Source: Somniosus microcephalus
Lineage: Eukaryota
DNA length: 64,000 nucleotides
NCBI GenBank assembly: GCA_052327205.1
Contig: CM126217.1
Span: forward strand, 84,196,001-84,260,000
Direction of reading: 5' to 3'
Both the position numbers and the translations under genes were made by a program. Numbering within the stretch: the first letter of the stretch is position 1; every line of letters starts with the position of its first letter. Positions 62,708 through 64,000 of the stretch are shown in pieces. The notes below the pieces were generated by a model, which did not search any database, was not told the origin of the DNA, and was given only the letters and a program-made list of their open reading frames with translations.

Positions 62708-63676
62708 GTCCGGAATTTTAATTTTTAATTTGGAGGCTGGTAGGGAGCGGGGGCGGGACTGGAAAGTGGTCGGGAAACCCAGGAGAACGGGTTTCCCCCA
62801 AGCCCTGCTGAATTTAACAGCAGGGCCTAATTAGCATTTAGAATCACTGCTTCCCGCCCACAGACAGCCAGATGGAGCGGCCGGGTGGCTGTCGGGTGGG
62901 TAAGCCTGCGGCACTAGGCCGCATAGAGGAGGGAGAAAGGGATCGGGAGTGAGAATTGGAAGGCCGGAGGGGGGCATCGGGGGCCTGAGGGGGGAGGTCG
63001 GATGGCCGGAAGGGGTTCGGGGGCCAGAGGGGAGAGGTCGGAAGGCTGGAGTTGGGGGATCGGGTGGGAAGCCGTAGCATGATTGCAGGGGAGAGGTCGG
63101 TAGGCTGGAGGGTGATTGAGGGCCGGAGGGGGGATGTCAGAAGGCCAGCGGGGGATCGGGGGCCAGAAGGGAGGTTGGATGGCAGGATAGGGGATAGGGA
63201 GCCGGAGGGGAGAGGTCGGGTGCTGGAGGGGGGAAAATCGGAAGCCGGGGGCCGAGGATTGAATGCTGGAGGGGGGATCGGAGATTGGAGGCCTCGTGGA
63301 GGGGAGGTCGGGGGGAGATCGGAAGGGTTGGGCGTGTCCGATTGCAGGGGGTTGGCGATGCTGGAACACAGGATCCAGCAGGTAAGTGGAAAGATACTTC
63401 CCTCCTAGATCCAGTAGTCCTCGCCTCCCTTTAGCTGGCGGGTTTTACCAGGCCTGGGAAACCCGGCCGCCCACAGTTAAATTTAAAATGGTGGATCACC
63501 ATGAGACACAGAACCTCATTATAATATTTAATAAAGGGCAACCTGCCTCCTGGGAGCGGGTTGGCTGCCCGCCTCCCGTCCCGCCTCCGTTAAAACGGGA
63601 AGCGGGCAGGTTGGAGGGGGGGGTTGGGGTCAGGATTCGGATTTTTAACTCTCTAACCTCTGGTTAAAATTCTCCC
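62708..63676. repeat. GC-rich repeat element with a long G-rich low-complexity core (about 62920-63360)
   Basis: Imperfect inverted ends GGAATTTTAA / TTAAAATTCT; reiterated GGGGGAGGTCGG-like units. Confidence 0.5.
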
Positions 63677-63964
63677 TATTGAAACAAGGTACACAGTAAG
63701 CATTTTGTGCAGCATTTTTTGACATTAAAAATTATGTATATACAAGCGGCTGTTTATGCAATTTTTGTTTATTAAAATATGCTTATTTACTGTCCCAGGA
63801 GTACATTCCTCCCACCACCCCAGTCATGTTGCTTACTTTTTCCATGGAATATTACTCTGGTTCGGTTTTTATTCCTAAGATGTAGGCTTGGGTTTAGGTG
63901 CCTCCTCGGAGTTCCCTCGGCCCCTCTGTATTCTCTCTGAATATGAATGTCAGTTGAACATTTT

Positions 63965-64000
63965 GGGCTGGATTTTCTCAATGGGGAGCTTTTGGAGGCG
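63965..64000 (+). mobile_element. Start of family A repeat, copy 5 (cut by window end)
   Basis: GGGCTGGATTTTCTCAATGGGGAGCTTTTGGAGGCG is identical to the start of copy 1. Confidence 0.85.

Noticed and set aside
62844-63408. Pro-rich and Gly/Arg-rich ORFs
   Set aside because: By-products of the G-rich low-complexity tract.

Overview
Eukaryotic, repeat-dense DNA, almost certainly from a cartilaginous fish (HE1-type V-SINE, SacSINE1/Deu-type SINEs, HER1/CR1 LINE tails). The window appears to be intronic sequence of a minus-strand NELL2 gene; one 123-bp EGF-like exon is at 25913-26035. It holds five Ty3/Gypsy LTR retrotransposons (four complete with 5-bp TSDs, one cut by the window start), two solo LTRs, CR1/L2 LINE fragments, SINEs and several TIR-bearing MITE families. 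Main observation: the element at 1-4469 has identical LTRs and Gag-protease but no RT, RNase H or integrase. In their place are fragments resembling three unrelated host genes: the STK10/SLK coiled coil and optineurin (LIR core altered), both in frame with Gag-PR, and, after a -1 shift within the optineurin segment, a DNAJC21 zinc finger. This looks like a recently mobile, non-autonomous, multi-gene transducing retrotransposon, with a related pol-carrying element nearby (15849-21016). Second observation: the Gypsy at 36899-41251 has no tRNA PBS and instead carries a 13-nt perfect complement to its own LTR (candidate self-priming). All family and gene assignments come from recalled sequences, not database searches.
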